Part shown: positions 62,426 through 64,000 of the stretch, in pieces | How the letters are laid out: each line of letters starts with the position of its first letter | How positions within the stretch are numbered: the first letter of the stretch is position 1 | Assembly (NCBI RefSeq): GCF_018977255.1 | Contig: NW_024704743.1 | Coordinates: 36,148,001 to 36,212,000 of the forward strand | Length of the DNA stretch: 64,000 nt | Direction: 5' to 3' | Source: Callorhinchus milii | Taxonomy: Eukaryota | Translations under genes and position numbers: made by a program | The notes under the pieces: generated by a model | The model's database searches: none | Seen by the model: only the letters and a program-made list of their open reading frames with translations | What the model was told of the DNA's origin: nothing

Positions 62426-64000
62426 TGCTGGGCCTTTAGAGGCAGGAGGGCGTGAGCTCCTGTAGCCCCTATTATTACTAATTGGTTATTACCAAAAGAC
62501 GGGGGCGTAGGTGATCAGCCAAGGCCCATCGTGTAGTACATCACAAAGAGTGAAAGGAGCAAAAGAGAAATTGGATTAGCTGAGAATAAGTGGCTCCGGA
62601 TATGGGTAATAAATGCAGTCGTTGACACGAGTTTTGCTAACAGTGGTTGACACAAGCTTTACCCTCTTTAAGGGAGGAACCCAAGAAGAGTTCTCCTGAC
62701 TTTGTTATGGTTGATACTTGTTTAATCTGACTGGGATTCAAGAGCCTATTTACCCTGTTTTCCCCAAAGCATAGCCATCCCCAAGAGGTAACCTTCAGCT
62801 ATGCTGTCCGCACCAAGTTTAAATGCTTCTCACTACCTCTGGCTACTATTCCACCATTCACAGTTTGAGCTCTCAGCCAGTCTCTACACAGCGAGTGATG
62901 GGGTTTTCACATCGCTTACCTGTGCAGACTCGCCCTAAGCAGCAGGCGAGGACCACAGGCTGGAAGCAACAGAGCGAAATAACAACCTCCAACTAAGTGT
63001 GTAGGTGAATATCCAATGGGCAGGTGTTGGGACACTGCAAACCTCATCAGGGCTATGGAGGAAACTCCTGATCATTAACCATTGTACACACATATGGACA
63101 TTGGGTGAAGACAGGATAGGACTCAGCGATAACTTCCACCCCTGCCCCCTGGTTACTAATACTCACTATCAAGGCTTACACATGAATATTGGTCATTCGG
63201 CAAGATATCAGGTCAGAAGGGGAAGGGAATCCATTTCTGCAGTAAAGGGGTGGGGGGGGAGAGTGAAATCTTCTTTTCGAGAAACTTGGAAGAAAAAAAT
63301 TGACAGACAATCAATATAGGTGTTCGTGCTGGTTTTTGACCATTCCCTCATTGCTGTGGAATGCCCTGCACAGGGCAAATTTTACAGCACTGGAAGCTTT
63401 GGCATTATATCACCACCTCATGCTGAAGTGGATCTGCAATGGAGCAAGAAATAAAGTGATTAATACTGCGCAATTGCTTTCAGTGTTTTTTAAAAAAGTC
63501 CCACGCACAGTATTATTGTTGCAACATACTCCCATCATCTGCACAGGTAAAATCAACTCTCTGTACGAGACAGTTTCTAGGTCAGTGTTTTATCCCACAA
63601 ATATACAGTCAATTCACTTTACAGTACATTGTGTGAAACGCTTTGAGACGTCTTGAAGACCTGAAAAGGGCTGTATCAAATGCAAGGATTATTATTATAT
63701 TATCTGAAAGCCCTTTTAAGATTCAATTTGTTGCCATTGTTCTCACATCACAATAGTGCTTTATCAATCACTGTGATTCCGATAACCGAGGAGAAAAACC
63801 CAATCCTATTACCATTAATTATCACTTTATAGGTAATCAGTCTTCTGCGCTGTACTGGATTTATCATGGTCAGTATTGATGTTACAATGGTCATTACTGA
63901 TGTTATGGGTAAAGCCCTGAGCTTGAATCACCCTATAGAATGGTTTAGGATTTCTAAGCCATTGTGTTTTGATGGGGTAACGCAGAACTGCTGTCAATAG

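Noticed and set aside
62131..62439. Cys/Val-rich 102-aa ORF
   Set aside because: Translation of a (TG)n/(TC)n microsatellite.

Overview
This is eukaryotic (vertebrate) genomic DNA. The repeat content (Deu-domain SINEs, (TTG)n-tailed L2 LINEs, CR1 LINEs) points to a cartilaginous fish, probably a chimaera; that assignment is inference. Only one confident host coding exon is present: a 222-nt, phase-2/phase-2 exon at 15499-15720 (+) encoding the zinc-finger part of the Rab27-binding domain of a MYRIP/Slac2-c-like protein. The rest of the window reads as two very large introns filled with retroposons. These include a three-level nested insertion (young CR1 inside a near full-ORF2 L2 inside an old DeuSINE), several young tRNA-Ala-headed SINEs whose 3' hairpin matches the local L2 3' end, and many decayed fragments. 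I found no convincing novel biological system. The best unexplained signals are a duplicated ~190-bp long-hairpin element (54868/55351), a CpG-rich direct-plus-inverted ~60-bp repeat cluster (44368-44638), candidate intronic alternative first exons or promoters (24369, 52429, 62056), several enhancer-like islands, and a speculative antisense micro-exon chain. Repeat boundaries were read by eye and are approximate.
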